This document shows positions 49,134 to 57,766 of a DNA stretch of 64,000 nucleotides, one piece after another (position 1 is the stretch's first letter; each line of letters opens with the position of its first letter). This DNA is from a virus, in IMG/VR virus record IMGVR_UViG_3300010224_000010. One strand, written 5' to 3'. Below the pieces are notes generated by a model. That model was not told the origin of the DNA, made no database searches, and worked only from the letters and a program-made list of their open reading frames with translations. The translations under genes and the position numbers were made by a program.

Positions 49134-49571
49134 CTACGCCCACTCCTGCGCGGCGAGCAGCGCCCCGGCCGCCCACACCGCGGGCCACACCAGCAGCGGC
49201 ACCGGCAGACCGACCGCGGCCCACGTCCCGGCAGTCACCACGAGGGCCACCCAGCCCGACGCACACCAAGGGCAAGACAGCAGCTCGGTCAGCCAGTGCG
49301 GCACCCAGCGGACACGGTTCACGTAGCGGTGCGCCTCACCGTCGGCCATCATGACGGCGCCGAACAGGGCGTTGGTGGCAGTCTCGCCGTCCCCCAGGAC
49401 AGGGAGCGGTGCCGCCTCCGACTCCTTCAGCGTGAGCGGCCTCCAGCCGCCGACCAAACGGTCCCGCAGCCACAGCACGGGCGGGAACGTGTCCTCTGTA
49501 ACCAAGCGGGTGAGCCGGTAGGTAGCCAGCGCCATCACGATCAGCAGCAGCCAGATCTCCATGCCCGCCAC
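49134..49571 (-). CDS. DUF1360-like membrane protein
   Basis: ATYRLTRLVTEDTF ... LLSCPWCASGWVA signature plus TM helices. Alternative ATG at 49562. Confidence 0.55.
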   Translation of the reverse strand: MAGMEIWLLLIVMALATYRLTRLVTEDTFPPVLWLRDRLVGGWRPLTLKESEAAPLPVLGDGETATNALFGAVMMADGEAHRYVNRVRWVPHWLTELLSCPWCASGWVALVVTAGTWAAVGLPVPLLVWPAVWAAGALLAAQEWA

Positions 49572-49580
49572 CGTAAGCGC

Positions 49581-50183
49581 CTACGCGGACTCGGCATTCC
49601 GGGCGTGAACGACGGGCTCTCGCGCGAGGTACTCGATCGCTCGCAGAAGACGAGCTGGGTCATCCTCGAAGTGGCCAAGCGCCGTGTTGCAGCTGTGGCA
49701 GAGCATCCCCCGCACACCCCTGTCACTGTGGTCGACGGCCAACCGACGGCCGTCGGTGTGCGCCTGCTCAGCCGCGCGCCCGCAGATCTCGCACAGTCCG
49801 TCGTGTCCGCTCACATACGCGACAAGCGCATCAGGGTCGACGTTCCAGACCTTCCGAGCGAAGTGGCGTAGCTGGTAGACGGGGTTGGTCCACGGGTGGC
49901 CCGCCTCGTACCGCGCTCGCGCCCTCTTTCGGGCGTCCGCCCTGGAGCAGTCCAGGCAGATGGATTCGCGACGGAAGCCGCCGCCCTTGCGGTCGCTCAC
50001 CTTGCGCAGCCTGAACTGGTCTCCAGACAACACACGCTCACACTTCCGACACGGTCTCGGCACGATGTTGGCGTCTTCCGCGTAGTGCATCGCGTCGCGG
50101 CACGACATGCACGTGGCGGAACTGTGGCCCTTCTTGCCGCCACACATCGGGCACTCAGTACGCGGGCGCTTACCATGCTCCAT
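49581..50183 (-). CDS. endonuclease VII-family nuclease with N-terminal zinc fingers
   Basis: CEICGR...LAVDHSDRGVRGMLCHSCNTALGHFEDDP matches the Endonuclease_7 motif. Confidence 0.75.
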   Translation of the reverse strand: MEHGKRPRTECPMCGGKKGHSSATCMSCRDAMHYAEDANIVPRPCRKCERVLSGDQFRLRKVSDRKGGGFRRESICLDCSRADARKRARARYEAGHPWTNPVYQLRHFARKVWNVDPDALVAYVSGHDGLCEICGRAAEQAHTDGRRLAVDHSDRGVRGMLCHSCNTALGHFEDDPARLLRAIEYLAREPVVHARNAESA

Positions 50184-50216
50184 GGGTCGGTTCCTCTCAC
50201 CAGGAATGGACCTTGC

Positions 50217-50242
50217 GTGCCCGGGGTAGCCGCCCCGGGCAC
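50217..50242. terminator. hairpin downstream of terL
   Basis: GTGCCCGGGG-TAGCCG-CCCCGGGCAC. A T-run follows on the plus strand. Confidence 0.5.
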
Positions 50243-50249
50243 GCCCATT

Positions 50250-51614
50250 TTATCGGTGCCGACCAGGCACAATCTGGCGTCTGGCCAGTTCTCCGCCGAG
50301 AGATCCAGCACCCCGTGGGGCCACACCCACAAGCTTCATCTGCCAGGCAGGCCACACCATCGCGTCCAACCGGTCCGGAGACCAACCCAACTCCGGATAC
50401 CAGGTCGCCAACTGATCCTCCAACTCCGGGAACACGCCTGCCATGTGCCACCGGCCCTGCGCCCCAAGCGCCGCCACAGGCTGCGCCCGAACCACCTTGC
50501 CCCGCGTCGCCGTCACCGTACGGATGGGGATGTCCACGCCGAGCGCCTCGGACGCCGTACGCAGCGTGGCCACACACATGGCCCCGCCATAGTTCGTCTC
50601 GGCGACGATCTCATCGGCCTCCCAGTCGATCGCGGCCTGCACCGCCCGCCGCCCCCACTCATCCGGCGACAACTTGCACGACCGGTCATCGAGAACGTAG
50701 CCGTGATGCTGCGGGCGGCCGCCGTCGCCAGGGAGCACAAGCCCCGACTTGCCGACCACGACGATGCCCTGCTCCCCGGCACCTCCCGACGGGTCGACGC
50801 CGACGGAGATCCGCTTCAGCTCCGGCACCTGATCGGCCCCGACCCGGGTTTCTTCGAGTGTGGCCCGCGTCCACAGTGCCGCAGCCACCTCGTCGATCAG
50901 CCGGCCGTGAAGCTCCTGGGCGCCGATGTCGGTGCCGGCGTACGTGTCTTCGAGGGCGTCTTTGACGGTCTGTTCGAGGTGGGGGTTGTCGTACATCGTG
51001 GCGTGCGTGTGTACGACGCCGGCGATCTCCCCGCTGAGCATCCGCTTCAGCAGCGGGCGCGGCTTCGGGGTGGTCGCGGCGATCCAGTGCGGGCGGGGCC
51101 CGGAGCGGAGGCCGAAGCGGAGTTGGTCGTAGGTCTGTTCCATGTACCGCCAGGTCGCGAACTCTTCCAGGACGGCGAGGCACGAGTTGCCGCCCGCGCG
51201 GAGACGTTCGACGTCCTCCGGGGTGTGTGAGCCGAACAGCTTGGCCTGGCTGCCGTTGGGCCAGCGGATGACGGTGCCGCCGGGGGCTTGGACGAGGCGT
51301 GCGCCGGGGTCGGCGTTGCGGATGCCGCCGGGGCCTTCGTACATGGAGGTGACGCCGTCGCCGAGGGTGGGGGCGATGATGGCGATCCAGTGGGGTACGG
51401 CGCCGGGGAGGCAGGGTGGTCCGTTGACGTGTTGGCGGACGTATTCGGCGCATGCTTTTGATTTGCCTGCTCCTCGGCCTGCCATGAGGAGCCAGCCAGT
51501 CCAGTTGCCATCGGGTGGGATCTGGTGGGGTTGTGGCTGCCAGCGGGGTTTGAGTTGGGCAGCGAGGAGGGCGGCGGCGCGTTGCGCTACGTGGGCCCGG
51601 TCCTCGGTGGTCAT
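50250..51614 (-). CDS. terL: terminase large subunit
   Basis: Walker A LMAGRGAGKS, Walker B-like AVLEEF, C-terminal RNaseH-like nuclease region (VGVDPSGG ... ETNYGG). Confidence 0.9.
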   Translation of the reverse strand: MTTEDRAHVAQRAAALLAAQLKPRWQPQPHQIPPDGNWTGWLLMAGRGAGKSKACAEYVRQHVNGPPCLPGAVPHWIAIIAPTLGDGVTSMYEGPGGIRNADPGARLVQAPGGTVIRWPNGSQAKLFGSHTPEDVERLRAGGNSCLAVLEEFATWRYMEQTYDQLRFGLRSGPRPHWIAATTPKPRPLLKRMLSGEIAGVVHTHATMYDNPHLEQTVKDALEDTYAGTDIGAQELHGRLIDEVAAALWTRATLEETRVGADQVPELKRISVGVDPSGGAGEQGIVVVGKSGLVLPGDGGRPQHHGYVLDDRSCKLSPDEWGRRAVQAAIDWEADEIVAETNYGGAMCVATLRTASEALGVDIPIRTVTATRGKVVRAQPVAALGAQGRWHMAGVFPELEDQLATWYPELGWSPDRLDAMVWPAWQMKLVGVAPRGAGSLGGELARRQIVPGRHR

Positions 51615-51656
51615 GGTCGGATTGTGGGGCGTTCGGCGCGGGGTGGGTTCCGGAGG

Positions 51657-52250
51657 TCAGCGGGTGCGTTCCTTGCGGCCTCGCTGACAGGCTCGGCAGC
51701 TTCGGGACCCCTTGGGAGTCACGTATGTGTTTTCTTCGGTGTACTCGTGCCCCTGCGGGCAATGGGTTCGCGCGCGCCGTGGAGCACCCATCCGGGAACG
51801 CATCACCTGCTGCTCCACAGGCGTGCGCTGTACCCGGCGCCTCAACCGGCGACATGGCTTGCAGCGCCGACGTCCCGTGGTGTCGAAGTAGGTGTTCTCT
51901 TCGCTGTACGGATGCCCTGCCGGGCAGGCGGTCTTCTTCTGGCTCGCGCTGCGGCCCTTCGAGGACATGTCCCTCATGTTGTCGGCATTGGTACCGAGGA
52001 AGAGGTGATCCGGCCTAACACACGCAGGGTTGTCGCACTGGTGGAGAACGAAGCCCCCTTCGGTTGGGCCTACCTTCAGTTCGTAGGCGACGACGTGCGC
52101 GCCTCTCGTTCCTTGCCTGCGGCCGAGGTTGAAGGTGCCGTACCCGCGAGAGGTCGCCGCGGTCCACTCCCAGCAGCCGTCGCCTTTCTTGACCTTCTCC
52201 CAGAAACGGTCGGCGAGGGGGCGCGGCTTCTGTGGCATGTGAACTCCCAA
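51657..52250 (-). CDS. HNH endonuclease adjacent to terminase
   Basis: WEWTAATSRGYG ... HQCDNPACVRPDHL core. Two CPxGHxY...CxxC repeats. Low-GC upstream spacer. Confidence 0.8.
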   Translation of the reverse strand: MGVHMPQKPRPLADRFWEKVKKGDGCWEWTAATSRGYGTFNLGRRQGTRGAHVVAYELKVGPTEGGFVLHQCDNPACVRPDHLFLGTNADNMRDMSSKGRSASQKKTACPAGHPYSEENTYFDTTGRRRCKPCRRLRRRVQRTPVEQQVMRSRMGAPRRARTHCPQGHEYTEENTYVTPKGSRSCRACQRGRKERTR

Positions 52251-52286
52251 CGGGAATGGTTGTGTTCACATGATACCAATAGCTAG

Positions 52287-52865
52287 TTACGCCTTGGTGT
52301 CTCCGCGCCCCGAGATTCCGCTGGTATTCCCGGGGTGATGCCACCACGTCCATGAGCGTCGGGGTAGGTGCACGATCTTGGCTCCGGCTGCGATGCAGCC
52401 CTTGGTGAAGAGGAAGTCTTCGCCTGCGACTTGCACTGTCGGGTCGGCGACGAAGCCCACTTCCTTGGCCAGCTCGGTGCGCACGAGGATCGTGATCGTC
52501 GTGCTGTTGGGACAGGTCGGGTCGAAGGGCTTGCCGTAGAACATGGGGAAGGGGTCGGTGCCGCCCTGCACTCTGAACCAGGGGTACACGTAGTCGGCGT
52601 CGGTGGCGGCGGCGCAGGCGAGGAGCTGCTCGATGTGGTCGGGGTCGAGTTCGTCGTCGCTGTCGAGGAACGCGGTCCACTCCGTGTTGACGAGGTGGAG
52701 GCCGTGGGCGCGGGTGATGGCGGCGCCGAGGTGGTGGATGTCCTCGGCGAGGATGTGCTCGACGGGGACGGTCTGCGCTTTCACGGAGCGGGCGGCGCGG
52801 TCGAGCATGCCGTTTGTGCGCCGCTGTTCGTGGAAGGGCGTGACGATGGTGACGCCCGGCTTCAT
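52287..52865 (-). CDS. GT-A fold glycosyltransferase (family 2-like)
   Basis: VTIVTPFHE ... FLDSDDELD (DxD). ATGA overlap with the upstream Cys-rich gene. Confidence 0.65.
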   Translation of the reverse strand: MKPGVTIVTPFHEQRRTNGMLDRAARSVKAQTVPVEHILAEDIHHLGAAITRAHGLHLVNTEWTAFLDSDDELDPDHIEQLLACAAATDADYVYPWFRVQGGTDPFPMFYGKPFDPTCPNSTTITILVRTELAKEVGFVADPTVQVAGEDFLFTKGCIAAGAKIVHLPRRSWTWWHHPGNTSGISGRGDTKA

Positions 52866-53110
52866 GGTGCCGCCTCGTGGCCCACGCTGCCGAGGACTTC
52901 CTGGCACTCGCAGCCGGTGACCGGGTTCCAGGACGGGCAGGTGTCGACGGTCCCCAGCGCGTGCTCGCACGGCATGTTCCAGCAGGGTGCTTCGCAGCCG
53001 CACTTGTCGTTGTTGTGCCAGGCGGTGACGGGCTGTCGGCACAGTTCGCAGACGAGGTACGGGTTCGCGAACTCGACGTAGACGTGGGTTCGGGTGTAGG
53101 TGTTGATCAT
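52862..53110 (-). CDS. small Cys-rich protein (82 aa, 10 Cys)
   Basis: CELC..CGCEAPCWNMPCEH..CPSW..GCEC. Coupled by ATGA overlaps to the methyltransferase (upstream) and GT2 (downstream). Confidence 0.55.
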   Translation of the reverse strand: MINTYTRTHVYVEFANPYLVCELCRQPVTAWHNNDKCGCEAPCWNMPCEHALGTVDTCPSWNPVTGCECQEVLGSVGHEAAP

Positions 53111-53550
53111 CGCGGCGTCCCCTTCCAGTGGCACTCGAAGCCGCCCTCCACCCTCAGCTCCAGCGTCTGCCACGGCCGGATCCCGTAGTCCGCGTTCGCC
53201 GCGAAGTGCCCGTCGAAGTAGTGGAACGACTCCAGCACCCAGAAGCTCACGTGCGTCGGGTCGGCGATCGCGTGCCACGACAGGGGGTCGTTGAGGATCG
53301 GCACGATGACCTCGAACACGCCGCCCGGGCGCAGCACCCGGTGCGCCTCGTTCATCACCGCGATGCGCGGCTCGCCTGCGGGGATGTGCTCCATGACGTG
53401 CGAGGCGCGGATGCCGTCGATGCTGTTGTCGGCGGCGGGCCACGGCGTGTCCTGCGCCATGCGCTGCCACTCGCCGTCGCCGTTGCGGGAGTCGAGGTTG
53501 ATCCAGCCGGGTTGGACGAGGGTGCCGCCGCCGATCTCGATGCTCGTCAT
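53107..53550 (-). CDS. class I SAM-dependent methyltransferase
   Basis: IEIGGG (motif I-like), IDGIRASHVMEHI, VLRPGGVFEV (Methyltransf_11-type). Confidence 0.65.
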   Translation of the reverse strand: MTSIEIGGGTLVQPGWINLDSRNGDGEWQRMAQDTPWPAADNSIDGIRASHVMEHIPAGEPRIAVMNEAHRVLRPGGVFEVIVPILNDPLSWHAIADPTHVSFWVLESFHYFDGHFAANADYGIRPWQTLELRVEGGFECHWKGTPR

Positions 53551-53807
53551 CCGACACGCTCCGGCCAGTGCCACGTGCCGCCGTTGGCCACTCCGAACTT
53601 TTGCTCCACGAGCTGGCAGCCCCCGTCGGCCAGGGAGCGAAAGAACATTCCTGTCGGGTTGAGGACTGCCAGTCCGACGAACCGGTCGTCCTCTGCCACC
53701 TCGGTCACAATGGCCGCCCGGCACTGCGGCGTGTACTCGCCCCCGGGCGTCCCGTAGCTCACGTAGTGGACGATCCGGCCCACGCTCGGCTTCTGCTGCT
53801 CATTCAT
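53547..53807 (-). CDS. small conserved actinophage protein (SH3-like)
   Basis: GRIVHYV...AAIVTEV...GTWHWPER pattern. Confidence 0.5.
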   Translation of the reverse strand: MNEQQKPSVGRIVHYVSYGTPGGEYTPQCRAAIVTEVAEDDRFVGLAVLNPTGMFFRSLADGGCQLVEQKFGVANGGTWHWPERVG

Positions 53808-54478
53808 CCGTGCCTCGCACTCCCCTCATAAGCCAGCCACGGCGTGGCCAGATGCGTGCCTGGCAGCGCCACCGGGCGCAGCCCCGTCTCCCGCAACGCG
53901 TACGGCTGCGAGATCTGATCCTGGAACGACCACTCGTACGTCTCCTGCAGCCACCGGGCGCCCAACTCCCGCACGGCGTCCGTGTGACGGCGGCCGATCA
54001 CGCCCGTGGCCCACAGGCCCCAGTGCTCCGGGTGGCCAGCCAGCGAGTAGGCGTCGGCCTGCTCCAGCACCGGCTCACCTTCATACTTCCGCAGATGTGC
54101 CGACGCAGTCGCCTCGTCGAACAGGCAGTCTCGCCACGGGTGCACGAACTGCGCGATCGGCTCCTCGTCCGTCAGCCCGGCCGTCGCCTCGACGGCGAAC
54201 CGCTCCGACACCACCCGAAACGACGCGTCCACCCACAGCGAGACCGGAGCATCCGTGTACTTCCACGGCTCGTACTTCGGGTGCTTCGCTGCCCGGTTGG
54301 GGTGCACACCAGGCCGGGGCTCGTAAGCCACACGCCAGCCCCGGAACGTCTCCTTCGCCCCGATCACCGGGTCGTCCGTGACGAACACCCAGTCCACCGA
54401 CACACCGTCCTGAGGCAGAGCCTCCTTCAGGTCGTCGTACGAGTCGTACACCGCGCTCAGGATCGCTACATCGCTCAT
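53804..54478 (-). CDS. DUF616-type glycosyltransferase-like protein
   Basis: Start MSDVAILSAVYDSYDDL at 54478 (ATGA overlap). VDWVFVTDDP...RAAKHPKYEPWKY...LWVDASF. Confidence 0.55.
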   Translation of the reverse strand: MSDVAILSAVYDSYDDLKEALPQDGVSVDWVFVTDDPVIGAKETFRGWRVAYEPRPGVHPNRAAKHPKYEPWKYTDAPVSLWVDASFRVVSERFAVEATAGLTDEEPIAQFVHPWRDCLFDEATASAHLRKYEGEPVLEQADAYSLAGHPEHWGLWATGVIGRRHTDAVRELGARWLQETYEWSFQDQISQPYALRETGLRPVALPGTHLATPWLAYEGSARHG

Positions 54479-55290
54479 ACCGAAGCCCGATACCACTCCA
54501 CCGCCGACACCACACGCGCCCACGAGAACTCCGGCTTCCAGTCCAGCCGGTCCCAGCCCTCGCCCTCCGCGACGATCCGCGTCGGCCGCTCACCCGCCCG
54601 CATCGGCAGGTGCTCCACCCCGGCCCGCGAGCCGGTGATGTCGAGGACAGCCTCAGCCAGCTCGTTCACCGTGACCGCGATCCCGGTCCCACCGTCGAAC
54701 GTGACGTCATCCCCATGCTGCGCGGCATCGATGAGCATGCGGCCCACGTCGTCGGCGTGCACGAGGTCCATGGTCTGCTCGCCGTCGCCCCACACCGGCA
54801 GCGGCCGGCCCTCCCACGCTGCCCGAGCGAACGTGGGCAGGATCTTCTGCGGGTGCCCAGGCCCCCACTTCTGGCCGGGCCCGTACGCGTTGAACGCCCG
54901 GACATGGGCCACGGGCAGCCCGTACGCCGTGTGCCACGCGGTCGCGAGGCGCGTCGCGCACACCTTCGTCGCCGTGTACACCGAGGGGAACACGGGCGGC
55001 ATGCTGATCCCCACGTACCCGGCGCCGTGGTCCTGGCACCAGCGCAGCACCCTGAGAGTGCCGATCACGTTGGCGTGCACGGCGGCCTCGGGGGTGTCGA
55101 ACAGCTCCGAGGTGCCGAGCATCCCCGCGAGGTGGATGACCGTGTCCGCGCCGGCGAGGGCGTCGAGGTCGCCGAGAACATCGTGGCCGTGAGCCCGGTC
55201 GAACGACCACGCCTCATGGCCGGCCGCCTCGGCCGCTTGGATGGCGGCCGCGCCGAGGAAGCCGGAGCCTCCGGTGATTGCGATCTTCAT
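54475..55290 (-). CDS. NAD-dependent sugar epimerase/dehydratase (SDR)
   Basis: ITGGSGFLG Rossmann motif, catalytic YTATK. GAGGAG RBS. Confidence 0.8.
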   Translation of the reverse strand: MKIAITGGSGFLGAAAIQAAEAAGHEAWSFDRAHGHDVLGDLDALAGADTVIHLAGMLGTSELFDTPEAAVHANVIGTLRVLRWCQDHGAGYVGISMPPVFPSVYTATKVCATRLATAWHTAYGLPVAHVRAFNAYGPGQKWGPGHPQKILPTFARAAWEGRPLPVWGDGEQTMDLVHADDVGRMLIDAAQHGDDVTFDGGTGIAVTVNELAEAVLDITGSRAGVEHLPMRAGERPTRIVAEGEGWDRLDWKPEFSWARVVSAVEWYRASV

Positions 55291-55298
55291 GTGGCTCC

Positions 55299-55976
55299 TC
55301 ACCATGGGGTGCGCCCCCACTTCGTACGGAAGGTCTCCCGGTCGCGGCCTGTCTGCTCCAGGAGTTCGGGGCGTTCGTGCGTCGACACGTTGGGGGCACG
55401 GTGCTCGACCGCGAGGCCCGGGACGAGGAGGGCACCACCCTGCTGCCGAGCGCGCCAGTCGAGGTCGTCGTCCGAGTACCACCAGGCCATCGACTCGTCG
55501 AGGCGGAGGCCGTGCTCGCCGCGCAGCATGTAGGCGTAGCCGGTGATGCGCTGCCGCAGGTCGATCGGCTCGGCCCTGCTGTGCAGGAGGAGGTCCGTGC
55601 CGCCGTTCTGGTCCGGGTAAGCCAGCACCGCGGGGGTGAGTCGCATCTGGTCGGACATCGCCTTGACCCAGCCGGGCGGGACGGTGACGTCGGAGTTGAG
55701 GACGGAAATATCCCACTGCTCGGCGCCGGCGCGGTGGGCCTGGGAGTCGGCCAGGGTGATGCCGACGTTCCACAGCGTCGAGATGTTCGGCGGATCGATG
55801 GGCAGATAGACGACGCCCACCTTGCCGTGCCACGGCTCCGGATCGACCGGCGGATTCGACAGGTTGTCGATGACGATGACGCTATCGACTTGGTCGACGA
55901 CCGAGTTGATGCAGTCGGCGAGGAGGTCATGTCGGTCACGGGCCGGGATGACGGCGGCCCGGAACACGCCGGTCAC
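55299..55976 (-). CDS. GT-A fold glycosyltransferase-like protein
   Basis: AAVIPARDRHDLLADCINSVVDQVDSVIVIDNLS. The GTG start has no clear RBS. Confidence 0.55.
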   Translation of the reverse strand: MTGVFRAAVIPARDRHDLLADCINSVVDQVDSVIVIDNLSNPPVDPEPWHGKVGVVYLPIDPPNISTLWNVGITLADSQAHRAGAEQWDISVLNSDVTVPPGWVKAMSDQMRLTPAVLAYPDQNGGTDLLLHSRAEPIDLRQRITGYAYMLRGEHGLRLDESMAWWYSDDDLDWRARQQGGALLVPGLAVEHRAPNVSTHERPELLEQTGRDRETFRTKWGRTPW

Positions 55977-56054
55977 CGGATGGCTGTTGGGTTGGGCGGT
56001 CTCATGCGCGGCAGGATGCCAGCGGAATCCGCTCGCTCATTCCGGAGCGCGAGC

Positions 56055-56657
56055 TCACTCGATCGCGGGTGCCCCGCCAGCGCCCAACAGGTGCTGCTGA
56101 GCTGCGCCGAGCGCCTTCACCCGCTGCTCGTGATCCAGGTCCAGGACGTCCAGCGCGGCGGCGAGCGCGGACGCCACGAGCTCACCCTCCATGTCGAGGC
56201 GGCGTTCGAGGGCGACCATGACGCCGGCGTCGACGGCCTGCTTCGCGGTGGTCGCGGCGAGCTTGCGCTCCAGCCGGGACTGCGCCAGCCACTTCGTGAG
56301 CGACGGCGGCGGTTTCAGCGGGTCGCCGCCGGACTCGACGTGTTCGCGCATCTCGTTGGCGAGGACGTTGTCGACCCAGGCGGCGCGGCCGGTGGCGTTG
56401 CGGACGAGGTCGAGGAGTGCTTCGTGGGGGGTGACGTTGCGGTCGGCTGCGATTTCGTTGGCCATGGCCCATGCCTCTTCGACGTGTCGGTTGGCGCCGC
56501 GGTGCCAGATGCAGGTGCCTTGGCCGGGGTGGTTGGTGCCTTGTCCTGCGGGGTTGGAGCACATGCGGCCGTTGAGGTTGCGTTTGGGGCAGCGCGCCGG
56601 GTAGGCGGTCATGGGGTGATTGTGGCCCGGGTGGGTGTGGTGATCTTCCGGGCGCAT
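56055..56657 (-). CDS. terS: putative terminase small subunit
   Basis: N-terminal RCPKRNLNGRMCSNPAG...GTCIWHRG resembles actinophage TerS zinc motifs, followed by a helical C-terminus. Start ambiguous (56657, 56672 or 56612). Confidence 0.45.
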   Translation of the reverse strand: MRPEDHHTHPGHNHPMTAYPARCPKRNLNGRMCSNPAGQGTNHPGQGTCIWHRGANRHVEEAWAMANEIAADRNVTPHEALLDLVRNATGRAAWVDNVLANEMREHVESGGDPLKPPPSLTKWLAQSRLERKLAATTAKQAVDAGVMVALERRLDMEGELVASALAAALDVLDLDHEQRVKALGAAQQHLLGAGGAPAIE

Positions 56658-56712
56658 GGTTGTGGGCCTCACTCCCGGGCGGCGGGGGTGAGGCCCTTGG
56701 CGTGTACGGCGG

Positions 56713-56868
56713 TCAGTCGGCGTAGCGGCGGCGGTAGATGCGGTTCGCCGCGATGACGGGCCGCGTCGTGGGGTCCCGATAGCCGCGCGGCCCCATCTCC
56801 CGCGTGGCGTCCTGACGGTAGGACGCGTGGCTGTTCTTCCGTTCCAGGATGATCCGCAGGTTCGGCAT
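56713..56868 (-). CDS. hypothetical small protein (51 aa)
   Basis: ATG with GAAAGG RBS. Below the track cutoff; read directly from the sequence. Confidence 0.35.
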   Translation of the reverse strand: MPNLRIILERKNSHASYRQDATREMGPRGYRDPTTRPVIAANRIYRRRYAD

Positions 56869-56909
56869 GGGCTGTGCCTTTCGGTGGCGGTGGGTCGAGG
56901 GTAGGGCGG

Positions 56910-57080
56910 TCAGGTGTTGTCGCGGCTGTCGATTTCGTCGCTGATCCGGTCGGCGTAGTCGGCGTGGTACTCGATCACGGACTCGCTACAGAAGCTGGCG
57001 ACGGTCAGCTGCAGGCAGGCGGCGCGTTCCTCGCGAAGTCCGGGGGTGGTCATGTTGGCGAGGATCTCGGAGGGGAGCAT
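56910..57080 (-). CDS. hypothetical small protein (56 aa)
   Basis: ATG with AGGAGA RBS, 10 nt after the WYL gene stop. Read directly from the sequence. Confidence 0.4.
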   Translation of the reverse strand: MLPSEILANMTTPGLREERAACLQLTVASFCSESVIEYHADYADRISDEIDSRDNT

Positions 57081-57089
57081 GGCGGTCTC

Positions 57090-57479
57090 CTAGGCGGCGA
57101 GGGCGTCTGCGAGGAGTGCGACGCGGGTGGTGGCGGGGCAGTCGACGGGGTAGAGCACGGTGACGGTGTTGAGGCCGGTGGTGGTGCGCTGCTTGAGCTC
57201 GTCGGCGGTGGGGATCGCGACCGTGTACGAGGTCCGGTGGATCGTGTAGGCGACGAGGCGGTCGGTCCGGAAGGAACGCATCTCGCCGGTGTCGCGGTCG
57301 GCGGCACGGAGGACGATGTCTCCGGCGGTGGTGACGATGATGTCCGCGATCTCGATCGTCCGGACCGTGGTGCTGCCTTCCGCCTTCACGTAGGTGATGG
57401 TCACCGGGTGCTTGGCGTCGAGGGCCTTGATGAGGCGGGTGAGGGTCTGGGTGCTGGTCTCGTTCGCCGTGTGCCTCAT
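57090..57479 (-). CDS. stand-alone WYL-domain protein
   Basis: ATG 57479 after GAGGGAGA. VTITYVKAEGSTTVRTIEI...GDIVLRAADRDTGEMRSFRTDRL fits the WYL/Sm-like beta-barrel pattern. Confidence 0.55.
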   Translation of the reverse strand: MRHTANETSTQTLTRLIKALDAKHPVTITYVKAEGSTTVRTIEIADIIVTTAGDIVLRAADRDTGEMRSFRTDRLVAYTIHRTSYTVAIPTADELKQRTTTGLNTVTVLYPVDCPATTRVALLADALAA

Positions 57480-57498
57480 CGTGGTCTCCCTCGTTCTT

Positions 57499-57569
57499 GG
57501 TGTACGTACACCGTAGCGCGAGGTGTACGTACACCGCAAGGGGTTGAGGGGTACCGGTGTCCGTACACC
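57499..57569. promoter_or_regulatory. three operator palindromes in a divergent promoter region
   Basis: Perfect GGTGTACGTACACC at 57499-57512 and 57522-57535. Variant GGTGTCCGTACACC at 57556-57569. Confidence 0.7.
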
Positions 57570-57586
57570 CGCGATACCGTGGACTC

Positions 57587-57766
57587 ATGCCGAACGCCCC
57601 CAAGACCAAGCACCGATCAGTCCGCATCGAGGACCAGGACTGGGCCGACCTTGCCGAGCGCGCCCCCGGCGGCGACCGCGCGGCCGTCATCAAGGACCTG
57701 GTGCGCTGGTACTTGCGGCGCCCGGACGCGGAACTGCCCGACAGGCCAGAGGGGAAGAGCGCATGA
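57587..57766 (+). CDS. ribbon-helix-helix (CopG/Arc-like) DNA-binding protein
   Basis: KHRSVRIEDQDWADLAERA..DRAAVIKDLVRWYL shows a beta-strand/helix/helix layout. Confidence 0.6.
   Translation: MPNAPKTKHRSVRIEDQDWADLAERAPGGDRAAVIKDLVRWYLRRPDAELPDRPEGKSA

Noticed and set aside
49111-49145. Inverted partial copy of the CACCGGAATGATC half-motif on the plus strand as a rightward promoter.
   Set aside because: It lacks one base of the motif and has no correctly spaced -10-like hexamer. No plus-strand gene lies downstream. It is better explained as the 5' flank of the tRNA-like helix.
56810-56870. Sequence resembling the late promoter motif (GGATCATCC...CCTACCGTC) inside the 51-aa ORF.
   Set aside because: The order and spacing of the two halves differ from the three good copies, and the similarity is limited to short words. 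It is treated as coincidence.
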